Shown one piece after another: positions 46,790 to 49,349 of a DNA stretch of 49,349 bases (positions within the stretch are counted from its first letter, which is position 1; every line of letters begins with the position of its first letter). The DNA is from an uncultured Bacilli bacterium (GTDB taxonomy: Bacteria; Bacillota_I; Bacilli_A; RF39; UBA660), in assembly GCA_944332215.1 (NCBI GenBank), contig CALVJP010000052.1:1-49349 (forward strand). Direction: 5' to 3'. The notes under the pieces were generated by a model. That model was not told where the DNA came from. It saw only the letters and a list, made by a program, of their open reading frames with translations, and made no database searches. The translations under genes were made by a program, and so were the position numbers.

Positions 46790-46818
46790 TAGGCAAATTA
46801 TCTTAGTTATGCTATAAT
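46790..46818 (+). promoter_or_regulatory. Promoter of the small RNA
   Basis: TAGGCA, a 17-bp spacer (ending TGC, an extended -10), then TATAAT. The predicted start is near G46825. Confidence 0.5.
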
Positions 46819-46824
46819 ATAATT

Positions 46825-46991
46825 GTCTGGAAGATGTGACAATTATGAAAAACCTACAAGTTAACGATAGGGAACTTAATGGCAAGACTGTTGTTGAATG
46901 CTCGCGTTTACGTGAGAATCCTGATGTCTTTCCGGTAGTGCCCACCTGGAATGCCCGGTTTTTATCGTTAAGGTCCTCTTCTGGACTTTTT
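46825..46991 (+). ncRNA. ssrS: Structured small RNA of about 167 nt, candidate 6S RNA
   Basis: The region is more GC-rich than its flanks. The ends pair (GTCTGGAAGA 46825-34 with TCTTCTGGAC 46977-86, 10 bp including 2 G-U). Inner helices are TTAACGATA 46861-69 / TATCGTTAA 46963-71 and GGCAAGAC 46881-88 / GTCTTTCC 46926-33. An apical hairpin CTCGCG-ttta-CGTGAG lies at 46901-16. There is an unpaired central region containing CCCACCUGG and a terminal T5. No downstream + strand gene follows, so it is not a leader. Confidence 0.45.
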
Positions 46992-47008
46992 AAATAATAG
47001 TAAAAGAA

Positions 47009-47974
47009 TTAGCTATTTTTAACTAATTCTTTTATTTTGGCGGTATTTTTAAAACTACATTTGGCAATTTTTTTTAAAATGGTTTCCCCATGTTCCTTAA
47101 CTATTTTAGCTCCAATTTCATCCACGATAGGCCCTGCCCCTTTTGGAATATTTACTCCGATTTCTTTAGAAATTTTATCCATTTCTTTCACAAAAACGTA
47201 ACGACTAATTAAAGAAGCACAAGCGACAGCTAAACATTGATCTTCCGCTTTAGTGATAAAGGTGATATTTTTTTGAATTTTAGAGCTGGCCTTTAGGTAT
47301 TTATAATAACTGCTTGGGCTGGTAAACTGGTCTACCACCACGTAGTCATAATTTGGATAACGCATAGTCATATTTAAGAGCACTTTGTTATGTAAAATGG
47401 CTTTAATAGCATTTAAATTCATTTGGGCGCTATATTTTTGATTATATTCTTCATTACTCAAAATCATAGTAGAATAGGGAATTTTTTTAATAATTTTAGG
47501 CACAATTTTCAAAATTTGATCATCAGTCATTTTTTTAGAGTCACAAACGCCTAACTGTTCTAAAAATGCAATATTATCTTTAGTAACATAAGCGGCAGTA
47601 ACGACAATGGGGCCAAAAAAATCACCCGTTCCAACTTCATCACTACCAATGGACGTAGAATTATAAAGAGCATAATTAGTCTTTGGATTAGCAGTTTTCT
47701 TTTTATTTCCGGATTTTTTTATTTCGATTTTCTGCTGCGGATTTAAATGTTTTTCCGTCTCGGCCCATATATTCGCATCAATATCAGCACTGATACCTTG
47801 AAAAACGGCTTTGCCCGATTCATATAGCGTAATAGTGGTATCGGCTTCTTTAGCTTGGAAAATAGCGTATGGTGGGGTTTTATCCCTTTTTTTATCCTCA
47901 AAATATGTTTGCATTTTATTCATTGTATTTTCACTAACTTTAAGCGTAATAGTTTGCACTTGGTTTTTTATCAT
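47009..47974 (-). CDS. rnhC: Ribonuclease HIII
   Basis: N-terminal DUF3378-like domain, GSDEVGTGDFFGP and CDSKKM motifs. The RBS AGGTGA favours the ATG at 47974 over the GTG at 47983. Confidence 0.85.
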   Translation of the reverse strand: MIKNQVQTITLKVSENTMNKMQTYFEDKKRDKTPPYAIFQAKEADTTITLYESGKAVFQGISADIDANIWAETEKHLNPQQKIEIKKSGNKKKTANPKTNYALYNSTSIGSDEVGTGDFFGPIVVTAAYVTKDNIAFLEQLGVCDSKKMTDDQILKIVPKIIKKIPYSTMILSNEEYNQKYSAQMNLNAIKAILHNKVLLNMTMRYPNYDYVVVDQFTSPSSYYKYLKASSKIQKNITFITKAEDQCLAVACASLISRYVFVKEMDKISKEIGVNIPKGAGPIVDEIGAKIVKEHGETILKKIAKCSFKNTAKIKELVKNS

Positions 47975-48088
47975 AGCAATCACCTATACACATTTTAACA
48001 TAAAAAAGAAAGGCAAACAATATGAATAAAAATAGAAACCTTTATTTTTCAAAAGAAATGTAATATAATTACCGTAGGGAGGTATAAT

Positions 48089-48814
48089 ATGAGTGTTATT
48101 GATTTAGCCATTATTATTTTTCTAGCTTTAGGCGCAGTGATTGGCTTTAAACAAGGTTTTACCAAAAGTTTAGTTAATTGTGTTGGTTACATTGTGATCG
48201 TGATTTTGGCCTTTGTTTTAAAAAATCCTCTTAGTGAATTTTTAATGACTTATTTGCCCTTTTTCGATTTTTATGGGCTTTTTAAAGGCGTATCGGTTTT
48301 AAATATCGCTCTTTATGAAATTATTGCTTTTTTATTAGTATTTGCCATTTTATTTATAATTTTGAAAGTATTAATAATAGCTACAACTGTTTTTGAAACC
48401 TTTTTAAAAATGACCATTATTTTAGGCATTCCATCAAAAATTTTAGGAGCTATTATTGGAATAATCAAGAATTATGTTATTGTTTTTATTGCATTATATG
48501 TTCTTGCTTTACCAAATTTCGCTCATACAGAATTAGTAAATTCTTCAAAATTTCAAAAACCGATTTTAGAGAATACTCCAGTTCTATCAGTATTTGCTGA
48601 TAAAACTTTAATCGTGGCAGGAAAATTTGCTGATTTAATAGATAAATATCAAGAAAGCGAGAATAATAATGAATTTAATTTAGAAACATTGGATTTATTT
48701 TTAGAATATGATGTGGTTAAAGTACAGACCGTCAAAAAATTAATTGATAAAGATAAATTACATATTAATGGAGTTGAAAAAATTATTGAAAAATACGAGG
48801 AGGAAGAAAAATGA
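48089..48814 (+). CDS. CvpA family membrane protein
   Basis: The N-terminus VIDLAIIIFLALGAVIGFKQGF is typical of CvpA. It has four TM segments and a long charged C-terminal tail. Confidence 0.7.
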   Translation: MSVIDLAIIIFLALGAVIGFKQGFTKSLVNCVGYIVIVILAFVLKNPLSEFLMTYLPFFDFYGLFKGVSVLNIALYEIIAFLLVFAILFIILKVLIIATTVFETFLKMTIILGIPSKILGAIIGIIKNYVIVFIALYVLALPNFAHTELVNSSKFQKPILENTPVLSVFADKTLIVAGKFADLIDKYQESENNNEFNLETLDLFLEYDVVKVQTVKKLIDKDKLHINGVEKIIEKYEEEEK

Positions 48815-49110
48815 ATATTATTGAGGGAAACGAAAAAAATTTTGAAGAAATCACCAGTCGAGGAAACGTTTTAGTTGATTTTTATGCCACTTGGTGTGGC
48901 CCATGTAAAATGTTAGGCCCAGAATTAGAAGCCATTAAAGATAAGGTGCAAATTATAAAAGTTAATATTGATGAAAATTTGCCTTTATGTCAACGCTTTG
49001 GAGTAATGAGCGTGCCAACCTTAATTTATTTTAAACCGGATGGTAGTTATGAAATTAAAGTGGGTTATATGCCGAAAGAAGTCATTTTAGAGTGGCTTAC
49101 GCAAGGATAA
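48811..49110 (+). CDS. trxA: Thioredoxin
   Basis: The WCGPCK active site, about 99 aa, and a start that overlaps the previous stop (ATGA). Confidence 0.9.
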   Translation: MNIIEGNEKNFEEITSRGNVLVDFYATWCGPCKMLGPELEAIKDKVQIIKVNIDENLPLCQRFGVMSVPTLIYFKPDGSYEIKVGYMPKEVILEWLTQG

Positions 49111-49349
49111 TAAACTTTAGTTAAGTAAAAAAAATTGAGCAGAAAATAACAAATAGTTAGGGGTGAATTTCAAAAGTAAAATGTAAATTCATCAGAAAAA
49201 TAAAAAGTGCAAGTTTTAGTTAATAAAATTTGTACTTTTTTCTTGGCAATTTTGAATAAAAGTGGTAATATAATTATGAAATTGATTAAATTATGACACG
49301 CAAAAGAGGTTTTGCCAAAAAACGTGCAAAACTAAATTGAGATTATCAT

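Noticed and set aside
46845-46997. A 50-codon ORF (MKNLQVNDRELNGKTVVECSRLRENPDVFPVVPTWNARFLSLRSSSGLFK) inside the candidate sRNA.
   Set aside because: The only SD-like element (GGAAGA) is weak and 11 nt away. The composition is atypical for this genome's proteins (Arg/Ser/Pro-rich and more GC-rich than coding DNA). The region's long-range base pairing explains it better as RNA. It remains the main alternative hypothesis.
49111-49349. The region after trxA. It contains a hairpin (AAAGTGCAA...TTGTACTTT plus a T-run), a possible promoter (TTGGCA...TAATAT), a GCAAAA-gagg-TTTTGC hairpin, and tiny ORFs (MKLIKL, MTRKRGFAKKRAKLN).
   Set aside because: The first hairpin is probably just the trxA terminator. 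The remainder is cut off by the window end, so no downstream gene is available to interpret a leader, and the mini-ORFs lack an RBS.

Overview
This is an AT-rich chromosomal segment from a Bacillota (Firmicutes) genome, possibly Erysipelotrichia-like; that assignment is inference only. About 55 genes are almost all on the + strand. The backbone is housekeeping, and its gene order mirrors several Bacillus subtilis neighbourhoods: ffh; fhs; ftsA-ftsZ; radC-mreC-mreD-(SpoIVFA/SpoIVFB-like)-rplU-prp-rpmA; nusB-xseA-xseB; lexA divergent from a tiny SOS-box gene, then tkt-yneF; tgt-yrzE-like-spoVB-like-comN-like-secDF-relA-dtd; hisS-aspS-ttcA-like followed by a structured small RNA; and rnhC divergent from cvpA-trxA. 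I found no rRNA, tRNA, CRISPR array, transposase, integrase, phage gene or recognisable defence system. No single clearly novel multi-gene system is visible. The recurring pattern is that the gaps between conserved blocks hold single genes or short operons for six unrelated classes of extracellular fibre or adhesin subunits. Each has its own consensus promoter and terminator, and none has its assembly machinery in the window. They are a BclA-like collagen-repeat protein (3382-4149), an Flp/Tad-type pilin next to a DUF192 gene (14389-15005), two ComGC/type IV-type pilins plus an Ig-repeat protein (17504-19119), a TasA/camelysin-like protein (26697-27200), two tandem thioester-domain (TQxA) adhesin paralogs with a non-canonical VPNT[K/Q]A sorting signal (36439-38670), and an LPKTG protein that appears co-transcribed with a DUF1292 protein and a 717-aa coiled-coil protein (38918-42853). 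The leads I rate highest are: (i) a 45-codon membrane-peptide gene whose promoter spacer is a LexA (Cheo) box, in the lexA-tkt position held by YneA/SosA-type SOS division inhibitors; (ii) the orphan Flp-type pilin unit; (iii) the thioester adhesin pair with unusual sorting signals and mosaic identity; (iv) a roughly 167-nt rod-like sRNA downstream of hisS-aspS, a candidate 6S RNA. All functional calls rest on motif recognition by eye and on synteny. No database search was run.
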